Assembly (NCBI GenBank): GCA_016206665.1
Contig: JACQRC010000089.1
Span: 8,393 to 72,392 of the forward strand
Length of the DNA stretch: 64,000 nt
Direction of reading: 5' to 3'
DNA from: Candidatus Omnitrophota bacterium
GTDB taxonomy: Bacteria > Omnitrophota > Gorgyraeia > Aquiviventales > JACQRC01
Made by a program: the position numbers and the translations under genes. This document shows positions 46,744-55,933 of this stretch, piece by piece. Within the stretch, counting starts at the first letter, position 1, and each line of letters begins with the position of its first letter. The notes below the pieces were generated by a model that saw only the letters and a program-made list of their open reading frames with translations, was not told the DNA's origin and made no database searches.

Positions 46744-48471
46744 ATGCGAACCTTGTGGCAGGCGGCACAACAGACCGTCAAACTGCTCGGCCCACACCGC
46801 AAACTGTGGCTGCCGTTTCTCTTGGTAGCCATGGTCGAAGTGGGCGGTCTGTTGCTGCTCTGGCTGGCCCCCCAACCTCCCTTTACCCGCCTGCTCGCCC
46901 CGCCCATCCGTTTCTTCTTCGGTGACCGCATCCTCCATTACCCCTGGCATCTGTGGTTCCTCTACCATGCCATGAAACACACCCATATGGCCGCCTCGCT
47001 CCTGGTCGGTGCCTTCATGACCGGCATCGCCTGCGTCATGGTAGGGCAGTCGCATGCCGATCAGCCGTTGTCGCTGCGCGCCGCCCTGGCGAGCCGGCAG
47101 GTGCGCTACGGGACGGTCGTGCTGCTGTGGCTGCTCCTCTGGGGCATGGGGCGCGGCGCAATGACGGCGGTGACGCGGTACGCGCCGTCGAGCCAGTGGG
47201 CGCTGTGGTTGGGCGTGGGGCTGACGGTGCTGATCCAGACCCTATTCATCTACGCCATTCCCGCCGCGGTCTATGACCGCGTGAACTGGTGGCGGGCCCT
47301 GGGACGGAGCGTCCGGGAAACATGCCGCGATCCCCTGGCGGCCCTCGTCGTGGTCGGCGTGCCAAGCGCGGCCATGATCGGCTTCATCAGTTTTGCCCCG
47401 CCCGCCCGCGTCTCCCAGTGGATGTTGCAGACGGCGCCGGAGGTGGCGATTCCGCTCATTGCGGCACGGCTGCTCGTGTGGCTCGTCGCGGATGTCGTGG
47501 CCACGGTCGGTGCGGCCCATCTCTGGTGGATCCATCGGGCGGCACAGCAGCCGGCGGCCGCCGCGGTCCGGACCGTCGGCCGGCTCACGCGCCCCGCACC
47601 CATCGTCCCGCCCATCGCGGCGCTGCCGCTGATACTGACGCTGCTGACCGCGAACGGCTGCAGCGCTACCTACAACGGCGAGCGGTTGTTTTGGAAGGCG
47701 CAGCAGTTCAGCGCCCCCATCGGCAAGGATCCCAGCAAGGCCACCGCTGCGCAATTCGCGCAAGCCGTGACACTCCATGAAGCCGTCATCCGCGCGGCCC
47801 AGGGAACCAGCTGGGCGGCGCGGGCCCAGTTTGCCATCGGCTCGCTCCAGGCGCTGCAACAACATTATCCCCAGGCGCGGGAGGCGTACGCACTGGTCGT
47901 GCAGAATTACCCCCAGCATCCCGATTACGCGTTGAGCGCGCGGCTCGCAGCCGCCAGGACCTACGAGGCGGAGCAGTTGTGGGAGGAGGCGGCCAAGATG
48001 TATTACGAACTGGCCGACTACCATCCGTGGAGCCGGGTGGGGCTTGAGGCTCTCATCTACGTCGCGGCCCACTATGAGCGCGACGGCAAGCGCGAGCAGG
48101 CCGAGCACATCTACGAACGGGCCGTGCGCCACTACCTCAAGCGGCTCGCCGAAGCGCCCAGCCGCGAATTGGCCTCCCAAATTCGTGTCTACCTCTCCAT
48201 GGCGTACCAACGGTTGGAGAAGTGGGAGGAGGCAGCCAAGACTCTGGAAGAATTGGCCCAACAGTCCGTGGGTATTAACCGACCGCTCGTGCTCCTGACC
48301 CTGGCGTCGCTCTATCAGACAAAGATCCATCATCCACAACAGGCGGCGGGCATCTACCTGAAACTGAGCGAAGAGTTTCCGGACCATCCCTTAGCCCAGA
48401 CCGCCAAGACGCAACTCGAACGTCTGGATGCACCGGCGGCGCCGACCGCCGCACCAGCCCGCGCCCAGTGA
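46744..48471 (+). CDS. Multi-TM membrane protein fused to TPR repeats
   Basis: Hydrophobic N-terminal half; TPR-like A..Y..L...YP repeats in the C-terminal half. Confidence 0.75.
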   Translation: MRTLWQAAQQTVKLLGPHRKLWLPFLLVAMVEVGGLLLLWLAPQPPFTRLLAPPIRFFFGDRILHYPWHLWFLYHAMKHTHMAASLLVGAFMTGIACVMVGQSHADQPLSLRAALASRQVRYGTVVLLWLLLWGMGRGAMTAVTRYAPSSQWALWLGVGLTVLIQTLFIYAIPAAVYDRVNWWRALGRSVRETCRDPLAALVVVGVPSAAMIGFISFAPPARVSQWMLQTAPEVAIPLIAARLLVWLVADVVATVGAAHLWWIHRAAQQPAAAAVRTVGRLTRPAPIVPPIAALPLILTLLTANGCSATYNGERLFWKAQQFSAPIGKDPSKATAAQFAQAVTLHEAVIRAAQGTSWAARAQFAIGSLQALQQHYPQAREAYALVVQNYPQHPDYALSARLAAARTYEAEQLWEEAAKMYYELADYHPWSRVGLEALIYVAAHYERDGKREQAEHIYERAVRHYLKRLAEAPSRELASQIRVYLSMAYQRLEKWEEAAKTLEELAQQSVGINRPLVLLTLASLYQTKIHHPQQAAGIYLKLSEEFPDHPLAQTAKTQLERLDAPAAPTAAPARAQ

Positions 48472-49331
48472 TGCCCACCCTGCGCCGTCCGCTTCCACGA
48501 GCCCTCCTGCGTGGACTACCGTTTCTGCTGCTGTGGCTGCCCCTCTTCTGGCCCACGTGGCGCTGGATGGCGGAGCGCTTTGCCGCGCACGATTCGTTCT
48601 ATTCTCACGGCTGGTTGGTGCCTCTGGCCAGCGCGTGGCTCGTCTGGCAGCGTCGGCAGATCCTGCAGCGCCTGCCGCAAAGACCGAGCGCAGCCGGCTT
48701 GGGATTGTTAATCCCGGCGCTGGCCATCCATGTGCTGGCCAGCTGGTGGCAGGTGGGCTTCGCATCGGGGTTGGCGATGGTGGCGGCGCTCTGGGGCCTG
48801 GTCTGGACGCTGTGGGGCGGACGGGTCATATGGGCGCTGCGGTTTCCCCTGCTCTTTTTACTGTTCATGGTGCCCCTGCCAGGCGTCCTGCTCATCGCGA
48901 CCAGCTTCAGAATGAAACTCGTCGCAGCCACGCTGGCGACGCACGCCCTGCGTCTGCTGGGATTATCTGCGGTCCAGGCCGGCTCGACGATTCACCTGCC
49001 GGGCGTCTCGGTCATCGTCGATGACACCTGCAGCGGCCTGCGTTCCCTCATCAGCCTTGGCGCGCTGGCGATCCTCTGGACATCGTGGATGCCGGCGAAG
49101 TCGCGGACCTGGCAGAAGGTTGCGGTCTGCGCCGCCTCGATGCCGATCGCTCTCGTGGCGAATATGGTCCGGATCCTCGTCCTCGTGCTGCTGGCGGCCA
49201 TCTATGGACCCGAGGCGGCGGAGGGCTTTATCCACTACGGCTCCGGCATCGTTGTCTTTGGTCTCTCGGTCATCCTCCTCATGTGGTTGAGCCGGCGGCT
49301 GGCGCCGTCATCCTATGCCGTCACCGGCTAA
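48468..49331 (+). CDS. Exosortase (EpsH family)
   Basis: YSHGWLVP, CSGLRS (Cys), ANMVRI (Arg), FIHYG (His). Confidence 0.92.
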   Translation: MMPTLRRPLPRALLRGLPFLLLWLPLFWPTWRWMAERFAAHDSFYSHGWLVPLASAWLVWQRRQILQRLPQRPSAAGLGLLIPALAIHVLASWWQVGFASGLAMVAALWGLVWTLWGGRVIWALRFPLLFLLFMVPLPGVLLIATSFRMKLVAATLATHALRLLGLSAVQAGSTIHLPGVSVIVDDTCSGLRSLISLGALAILWTSWMPAKSRTWQKVAVCAASMPIALVANMVRILVLVLLAAIYGPEAAEGFIHYGSGIVVFGLSVILLMWLSRRLAPSSYAVTG

Positions 49332-49341
49332 GGGGGCAGCG

Positions 49342-49959
49342 ATGGTCAGCTGGCACACCCGGCTCAGGCAGCCACCGAGCGTGGCGTGGCTGTGCCTCGG
49401 GCTCGCTACATGGCTGGTGTGGGCCAGGCCGATGACGACCCACAGCACCGGCCGGGCCACTCCGGTGCCAGCCACCATTGGTGCGTGGGTGGGCATCTCG
49501 ATACCGGCGGACCAGCGCGTCATCGAGATCCTGGAAACGGATGACGTCGACCTCCTGGAGTACCGCCATGGTGCCGAGGCACCGGTGTGGCTCGCGCGGG
49601 TGGCAGGCTTCGGGAATCGGGCGGCGTTCCATCCGCCGGAGCTCTGTTATATCGGCAGCCATTACGAGGTGCTGGAGCGCGGGACGATGACGGTGCGGGT
49701 TGGGGGAGCGCCCCGTCGGCTGATGCGGCTGGTGCTCGGCCAGGACCACAAGCGGTTTGAGGCGTGGTACTGGTTTACCGCCAACGGTCGCGTCACCGAG
49801 AATTACTATCGGCAGCAGCTCTGGCTGCTCCTCGATGCCATGCGCGGCCGGCCGCTCGCCGGCACCCTCGTGCGGATTTCCACGCCACTCGACGATGCCG
49901 GACGCAGCCGGGAGCGATTGCTGACCTTCGCCCAGGCGCTGGCCGCCCCCGCACCCTGA
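49342..49959 (+). CDS. Exosortase-associated EpsI-family protein
   Basis: ILETDD, HPPELCYIGS, WYWF, LVRIS. Confidence 0.85.
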   Translation: MVSWHTRLRQPPSVAWLCLGLATWLVWARPMTTHSTGRATPVPATIGAWVGISIPADQRVIEILETDDVDLLEYRHGAEAPVWLARVAGFGNRAAFHPPELCYIGSHYEVLERGTMTVRVGGAPRRLMRLVLGQDHKRFEAWYWFTANGRVTENYYRQQLWLLLDAMRGRPLAGTLVRISTPLDDAGRSRERLLTFAQALAAPAP

Positions 49960-49997
49960 CATGAGCAGCGCAAAGTTGTTACCAGCCAAATTTCCGC

Positions 49998-50026
49998 TTG
50001 ACACCCCTCCAGAGGCATTGTATGGT
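49998..50026 (+). promoter_or_regulatory. Sigma70 promoter of the two-component operon
   Basis: TTGACA-17 nt-TATGGT. Confidence 0.6.
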
Positions 50027-50098
50027 GGTACTCCCTTTTCTTACCGTCCTATCATACCGCGTCGTTCACGAGCACCAGTCGTCCGTCATCGGCAGCCC

Positions 50099-51178
50099 AT
50101 GGAGCGCAACGGCATCGAATCCTGGGAGTCGTGTTTACAGGTATTGCCCTGCGGAGCCCTGGTGGTCGACCAGAACGGCATCGTCGAGGCGGCCAACCCC
50201 GCCGCGCTGACCATGCTCTCGGTCGACGCTGGCCGGCTGCTGCACCAGCCGCTCCTCACGGCCATCCCAGCCTGGCGGACGACACCGCTCGCCGAGCAGT
50301 GGTCCGACGGGATCGCGCCGCACACCGCCAACGGCGCCGTCGAACAGATCGAGGTACAGGTCCCCCAAGACCGGTGGGTGCAGGTGTGCGTCAGCCGGAT
50401 CCCGAACGGCACCCCACCGCAGCGACTCCTGCTCGTGCTCACCGACATCACCGACCTCGTCAAACTCCGTCAGCGGCTGCGATGGACGGAATACCAGGCC
50501 TCCATCGGCAAACTCGCCCGCGGCATTGCCCACGAACTCAACAATCCCCTCGATGGGGTGCTGCGGTACACCCACCTCTCGCTCGAGCAGTTGCGGGAGG
50601 ACGAACCGGTCCGGGAATATCTGGTCCATATCAAAGAAGGGCTGGACCGGATGGTGCGGGCGGTGCGGGCCTTCCTCGAGTTTGCCCGCCAGGCCACGAG
50701 TCCCATCAGCCGGGCCGTCAACCTCAACCGCCTCATTGACGATGCCCTCCTGCTCGTCCAGCATCGGGCCAAGTTCCTGCAGATTCGGGTGATGAAACAG
50801 TTGGACGAACAGCTGCCCGAGGTACCCGACGGCGGATTGCAGCACGCGCTCGTCAACCTCATCAAGAATGCCTTTGATGCCATGCCGCGGGGAGGCACGC
50901 TGACCGTCGCGACCCGCCAGGCCGACGGGGTCGTGGAGGTCGAGGTGGCCGATACCGGCTGCGGCATTGCGGAGGAGGTGCGTCCCCGTCTGTTTGAACC
51001 GTTCTTTTCCACCAAACCGATTCATCAGGGCAACGGCCTCGGTCTCATCATCGCCAAGGAATCTGTGGAGCGGTCCGGCGGCACGCTGAGCTTCACGAGC
51101 CGGGTCGGCATCGGCACGACCTTCACGGTGCGCATTCCACTCGCTGCGCAGGAGATCTACCCGAATGGAACCCCGTAG
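50099..51178 (+). CDS. Cytoplasmic PAS histidine kinase
   Basis: PAS-like N-terminus, AHELNNPL H-box, NLIKNAFDA, DTGCG, FEPFFSTK, GLGL. Confidence 0.92.
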   Translation: MERNGIESWESCLQVLPCGALVVDQNGIVEAANPAALTMLSVDAGRLLHQPLLTAIPAWRTTPLAEQWSDGIAPHTANGAVEQIEVQVPQDRWVQVCVSRIPNGTPPQRLLLVLTDITDLVKLRQRLRWTEYQASIGKLARGIAHELNNPLDGVLRYTHLSLEQLREDEPVREYLVHIKEGLDRMVRAVRAFLEFARQATSPISRAVNLNRLIDDALLLVQHRAKFLQIRVMKQLDEQLPEVPDGGLQHALVNLIKNAFDAMPRGGTLTVATRQADGVVEVEVADTGCGIAEEVRPRLFEPFFSTKPIHQGNGLGLIIAKESVERSGGTLSFTSRVGIGTTFTVRIPLAAQEIYPNGTP

Positions 51179-52556
51179 CCGGATATTGATGGTCGATGAC
51201 GATCCCTTGATCCGGGGGTCCCTCTATGAGCTGTTGCGGCGCCGCCACTTCGACGTCGAGACGGCCGCCGACGGGACCGAGGCCTTAGAGCGCCTCAAGC
51301 AGAAATCCTTCCGGTTGGTGATCACCGACCTGCGGATGCCGGCCATCGATGGGATGAGCCTCCTGGCGCACATCCGCAGCGAATATCCCGACGTGAGCGT
51401 CGTCCTCATCACCGGTTTTGGGACGATCGCGTCGGCTGTGGAGGCGATCCGGCAGGGGGCCTTCGATTATTTAACCAAGCCGGTCCAACCCGAGGAGCTC
51501 GAGGCCACCATTCAGCGCGCCATCGACGCGCCCGGCTCATCCACCGATGAGGATCCGTTCAGCGGCGTCATCGGTCAGCATCCGAGCATCCAGGCGATCT
51601 GTGAGGTGGTGCGGTCGCTCGCCATCAGTCCGGCGACCGTGCTGTTGGAAGGGGAGAGCGGTACGGGCAAGCGGGTCATCGCGTACGCCATTCACCGCGC
51701 CGACCCCAAGCGCAAAACGCAACCGTTCATTGAGGTGAGTTGCGGGGCGTTGCCGGAGACCCTGTTGGAGAGCGAGCTGTTTGGGCATGTGCGCGGGGCC
51801 TTTACCGGGGCGATCCGCGACAAGCAAGGGCGGTTTGAGCTGGCCGGCGGCGGGACCATCCTGCTCGACGAAATCGATACCCTGTCGCCCGCGCTGCAGG
51901 TGAAGCTCCTGCGGGTCCTGCAGGAGCGGGTCTTTGAGCGGGTGGGGGACACGCGTACGCTCAAGGTGGATGTGCGAGTGATTGCCGCGACCAACCGTCC
52001 CCTGGCGGAGTTGGTGCGGGAGGGCAAGTTTCGTGAAGACCTCTACTACCGTGTCAACGTCATTGCGCTGCGCCTGCCCGCGTTGCGCGAGCGGCAGAGC
52101 GACTTGCCGCTGCTCATCGACCACTTCATCAAGCGCAGCGCGCACGCGATGAGCAAGACGATTACCGGCATCGATGAGGCGGCGCTGGCGGTCCTGCTGC
52201 GCTACCCCTGGCCGGGGAATATCCGGGAACTCGAGAACGTGGTCGAGCGCGCGGTGGTGCTGTCGCGCCGGACACGTTTGGGGGTGGAGGACCTGCCGGA
52301 CCCCGTGCGGGCCTCCGCCGCCACCACCACAGCATCGGCAGAGCCGGGGTCTCCCGCGCCGACCGCGGCGTCGGAGACCGGTCAGCCCACAGAGCTGAAG
52401 GCGGCGCTCAAGATACCGGAGCGCGAACTCATTTTGAAGGTCCTGGCGGAGGTGCGCTGGAACCGGTCGGAAGCCGCGCAGCGGTTAGGCATCCACCGTT
52501 CGACCCTCTACCACAAGATGCGCCAACTGGATATTGACACGTCGTTATCATCGTAG
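51165..52556 (+). CDS. Sigma54-dependent response regulator (NtrC family)
   Basis: Receiver domain, GESGTGK, ESELFGH, GAFTGA, LLDEI, Fis-type HTH. Confidence 0.95.
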   Translation: MEPRSRILMVDDDPLIRGSLYELLRRRHFDVETAADGTEALERLKQKSFRLVITDLRMPAIDGMSLLAHIRSEYPDVSVVLITGFGTIASAVEAIRQGAFDYLTKPVQPEELEATIQRAIDAPGSSTDEDPFSGVIGQHPSIQAICEVVRSLAISPATVLLEGESGTGKRVIAYAIHRADPKRKTQPFIEVSCGALPETLLESELFGHVRGAFTGAIRDKQGRFELAGGGTILLDEIDTLSPALQVKLLRVLQERVFERVGDTRTLKVDVRVIAATNRPLAELVREGKFREDLYYRVNVIALRLPALRERQSDLPLLIDHFIKRSAHAMSKTITGIDEAALAVLLRYPWPGNIRELENVVERAVVLSRRTRLGVEDLPDPVRASAATTTASAEPGSPAPTAASETGQPTELKAALKIPERELILKVLAEVRWNRSEAAQRLGIHRSTLYHKMRQLDIDTSLSS

Positions 52557-52589
52557 CGCGCGTGCGCACGCGCCTCTACTGCACATCTC

Positions 52590-53666
52590 ATGCCTCATCC
52601 TGAGATCCTTATGGGCAGTTCTGACACCGACGGGCGACCGCAACTCTTAGCCTTGGTCGAGGCGGCCCGCTGGCAGCGGCTGCAGGGCCACTTTGCCAAC
52701 GTGTTAGGCGTGGGGCTGCGCACCGTCAATCCCTCCCGCGAGTTGCTCGTTGAGCCCAGCTGGCCCACCCCGCTACAGGACGCGACGGCACTCCACCTGC
52801 TCCAGGTCGGCGAGGAAGTGGAGCGGCTCGTCTCCGGCGCGGAGCCGCCGCGCGATCCACTGACCATCACGACCCCGCTGGGGCTGTCCTACACCGCCGT
52901 GCCCATCCGGGTCATTCCCGAGCAGATGCTCGCGTACTGGATCATCGGACCGGCGATGGTGGGCGCGCGCCCCACCGCCGCGGAGTTGGCCGAGCGCGCG
53001 GCCAGCCTCAACCTCGACGCCCACCGCCTCTGGCCGCTCCTGCTGACCCTCAAGCCATACACCTTTGCGGGATTCCAATCCGTCATCCACCTGATCGGCG
53101 AAGTGAGCGATTCGTTGGTGCAGCTCGCCTACCAGGCCAAGTGGCTGCCGACCGTCTTGCCGACGACGAGCCGCGTGAATCAAGCGATCCTCGCCTATTA
53201 CGTCGAGCGGATTTTTCATTCCCTGTTAGGGGCCGCCACCCTGGCGACGCAGGCCGAGGGCGGGTCCGTGATGGCGTACGATCAGGCGCGGGACGGCTTT
53301 CGCATCAGCGTCGCCCAGGGCCTGCCCGAGGAGATCATCAAGTCGACCCTGGTGAAACGGGGGCAGGGTATTGCGGGGTTGGTGGCGCAAGGGCAGAGGA
53401 TGGTCATCATCGATGAGGAGCACGCCGATCCGCAGGTGCGCCCGCGGATGCACCGGCACGACCTGGTGTCTTCCTTGGTGGCTCCGGTGGTCCCCGAGGC
53501 CTCCACGACGCCCGTGGCGGTCTTGAGCCTGCGCACCGCCAACCGGGCGCGGCCGTTCACCCGCACCGATCTCGACGTGGTCCAGCACCTGTTAGCGCTG
53601 ACGGGGATGGCGTTGGGGAATGTGGGACCGATCTTTACCCGAGCGCCGTCGGCGTCGGGTTCGTGA
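52590..53666 (+). CDS. PocR-like + GAF sensor protein with no output domain
   Basis: WQRLQGHFANVLG...GLSYTAVPI...IIGP (PocR-like); GQGIAGLVA...SSLVAPV...FTRTDL (GAF). Confidence 0.7.
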   Translation: MPHPEILMGSSDTDGRPQLLALVEAARWQRLQGHFANVLGVGLRTVNPSRELLVEPSWPTPLQDATALHLLQVGEEVERLVSGAEPPRDPLTITTPLGLSYTAVPIRVIPEQMLAYWIIGPAMVGARPTAAELAERAASLNLDAHRLWPLLLTLKPYTFAGFQSVIHLIGEVSDSLVQLAYQAKWLPTVLPTTSRVNQAILAYYVERIFHSLLGAATLATQAEGGSVMAYDQARDGFRISVAQGLPEEIIKSTLVKRGQGIAGLVAQGQRMVIIDEEHADPQVRPRMHRHDLVSSLVAPVVPEASTTPVAVLSLRTANRARPFTRTDLDVVQHLLALTGMALGNVGPIFTRAPSASGS

Positions 53667-55164
53667 GGGGCGCCGCACCGACCGCGGGTGCCGACGCCTG
53701 GCCTACCTGAGCGGGTTCCTGCCGTTGCCTACCTGACCACACGGCCGCCCGGCGCCGCAGATGCGCTGGCAGCATCTTAAGGGCCGTGCGGTACTTGGCC
53801 ACCGTTCGTCTTGCCACCGCCATGCCCTGCTGTCGCAGCAACGTAGTCAGCGCCTCGTCACTGTACGGATGGCGGGGGTCTTCCTCCGCGAGGCAGGTAG
53901 CGATCGCGGCCTTGATGGAGGCATCCGAGAGTGAGGCGTGGGCCTCGGCTTGCGGCACACGGCTGGCAAAGAAGCGTTCCATGGGCAGGATGCCGAAGGG
54001 CGTGGCCATCAATTTGCCGGCGATCGCGCGGCCCACGGTGGACGGATGCCGGCCCACTCGCTGAGCGACCTCGGCTTGCGTGAGCGGTCGCAGGGCGGCA
54101 AACCCCTGCTCCAAAAACGCCCGCTGTTCCTCAATGAGGCAGCGGGCGATGGCGAGCAGGGTGGTGTGCCGTTGTTCAATCGCGCGCAGGAGCCAGATGG
54201 CCTGCCGCAGCCGTTCTTTGACGAAGAGCTTGGCGTCTACGGGGGCGCGGGGGTCGTGCAGCATCTGCCGGTAGGTCCGGCTCACCCGCAACCGGGGCAG
54301 CTCCTCGTCATAGAGCTCCACTTCATAGCCGTCCTCGACCTGACGGATGGCTAGATCCGGCACCCATGGGCGTTCCGCCGGCGCGCTGGTGGCGCGATAC
54401 GGTTTAGGGTTCAACTGGCGGATAAGATGACAGGCGGCCTCCATCTCCTCCAGCGAGCGACCGCTGCGGGCGGCGAGGTGCTTCAGGTCATGGCGCAGGA
54501 AGAGAGTCCAGTGCTCCCGCACGACGGCAGCCGCCAGACTGTCGGCCAGGCCCCGGTGGCGCAACTGGATGAGCAGGCATTCCTGGATGGTGCGCGCGCC
54601 GACGCCGGACGGTTCAAGGGTGTGCAGGATCTGAAGCAGGCGCTCGGCCTCGCCGAGCGGTATCTGAGCCTGGCGGGCGATCTCCTCCAGAGGGGCGGAC
54701 AGGTAGCCATCTTCATTGCACTGCTCGATGAGCAGCTCGCCCATCTGTCGCTCGGCCTCGCCGAGCGGCAGACACCCTAACTGAAGCCGCAGCAGTTCGT
54801 GGAGCGAGGGCGACGGCATCGGCTGAGCCTCCAGTCGCCCCTGTCTCGGATCCTCTGTCTGACGCTGCACGGGCGTGTCGTTGGCGGCCAAGGCTTCCAT
54901 GAGATTGTCATCAAGATCCCCAAACCGGTCCTCGTGCTCATCGCCGGCCGGCGTATCGCTGTGCGGATCCTCCACCGAGTCGGAGGTCAGCGTCGTCGAG
55001 GCTCCCTCCTCCATCTCTAACAGCGGATTTTCCTCGATTTGATGCTCGAGGAAGGCCTTCAAGTCCAGCAGGGGCAACTGGAGCACGTCGAGTGCCAGGC
55101 GTACGGATGGCGTGACCGTCAGACGCTGCAGTTGGCGAGTGGTTTGGACTGTGGATAGCTTCAT
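53635..55164 (-). CDS. rpoN: RNA polymerase sigma-54 factor
   Basis: EENPLLE, GVGAR..ECLLIQL, HPSTVGRA and RpoN box ARRTVAKYR. Confidence 0.95.
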   Translation of the reverse strand: MKLSTVQTTRQLQRLTVTPSVRLALDVLQLPLLDLKAFLEHQIEENPLLEMEEGASTTLTSDSVEDPHSDTPAGDEHEDRFGDLDDNLMEALAANDTPVQRQTEDPRQGRLEAQPMPSPSLHELLRLQLGCLPLGEAERQMGELLIEQCNEDGYLSAPLEEIARQAQIPLGEAERLLQILHTLEPSGVGARTIQECLLIQLRHRGLADSLAAAVVREHWTLFLRHDLKHLAARSGRSLEEMEAACHLIRQLNPKPYRATSAPAERPWVPDLAIRQVEDGYEVELYDEELPRLRVSRTYRQMLHDPRAPVDAKLFVKERLRQAIWLLRAIEQRHTTLLAIARCLIEEQRAFLEQGFAALRPLTQAEVAQRVGRHPSTVGRAIAGKLMATPFGILPMERFFASRVPQAEAHASLSDASIKAAIATCLAEEDPRHPYSDEALTTLLRQQGMAVARRTVAKYRTALKMLPAHLRRRAAVWSGRQRQEPAQVGQASAPAVGAAPLTNPTPTALG

Positions 55165-55199
55165 CGTGGGTAGGTGGAACGAAATTGTAGAGCAAGGTT

Positions 55200-55215
55200 A
55201 GCATAAATCGTGCCA
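55200..55215 (-). promoter_or_regulatory. Sigma54 site upstream of rpoN
   Basis: Minus strand TGGCAC-N5-ATGCT, ending 35 bp before the rpoN ATG. Confidence 0.7.
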
Positions 55216-55428
55216 AAGGTCAAGGGGTATCTGTGGTGACCGGCTGGTCGGCATCTGCACCAGGCTGCGCCGTTATGAGGTCTTTGGCGGCTACGGGCGT
55301 GTGGCTAGAACTTTTCATCAATGTTAAAAAAAGTTCTTGCGTTGCTTGGTCTGATCTGGTAGTGTTGGCACTGGCCTTATTTCCTGGCGGCATGGTGCCG
55401 CACGGGCCCCTGCAAAAGGAGGAGACCA

Positions 55429-55818
55429 ATGCAGCGAGGGTGGATTGTTGGTGTCATGCTGGCGCTGGTGGCTCTGCCATCGGTCGCCTTGGCGGCTGGT
55501 AAGCAGATGAGCGGTGGTGCCAAGTGCACCATATCGTTCACCAAGGAGTACACGGCGAGTCCGTGGACCAGCGAAGCCGAGTATGGCAAGCGTGCCTTCG
55601 GCAAGCTGGGCTTTGGAGCGAAGAATCTGCTCCTGGGCTGGACGGAGCTCTTCACCGAGCCGAAAGAGGCCATCGAGGGTGGCGGAAACTTCTTCGGCGG
55701 CCTCTGGCGCGGCCTCGTGAAAGGCGTCGGCGATGAGGTGGGAGGGGCGGTCCACATCGTGACCTTCCCGTTCACCGAGATCGACGTGCCGTTGCCGGAA
55801 GGCGGCGTGAGCTTCTAA
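55429..55818 (+). CDS. Exosortase system-associated protein (TIGR04073-like)
   Basis: Signal peptide; KLGFGAKNLLLGWTEL...HIVTFPF; RBS AAGGAGG. Confidence 0.7.
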   Translation: MQRGWIVGVMLALVALPSVALAAGKQMSGGAKCTISFTKEYTASPWTSEAEYGKRAFGKLGFGAKNLLLGWTELFTEPKEAIEGGGNFFGGLWRGLVKGVGDEVGGAVHIVTFPFTEIDVPLPEGGVSF

Positions 55819-55841
55819 GCTCCAGCCGTTGTTCATCTGAC

Positions 55842-55876
55842 AGGCCCCTGGGGGGAACCCCAGGGGCCTTTTTTTA
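55842..55876 (+). terminator. Rho-independent terminator
   Basis: AGGCCCCTGGGG-ggaa-CCCCAGGGGCCT followed by a T tract. Confidence 0.9.
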
Positions 55877-55933
55877 TACACCGAAACACCGAAAGCTGCG
55901 AAACGGCTGCTTCCACCGAAAGCGCAGAACAGG

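Noticed and set aside
49961-50098. N-terminal extension of the histidine kinase
   Set aside because: It contains a sigma70-like promoter (49998-50026); ATG 50099 is preferred.
55365-55381. TGGCAC as a sigma54 promoter for the 55429 gene
   Set aside because: No GC dinucleotide at the -12 position.
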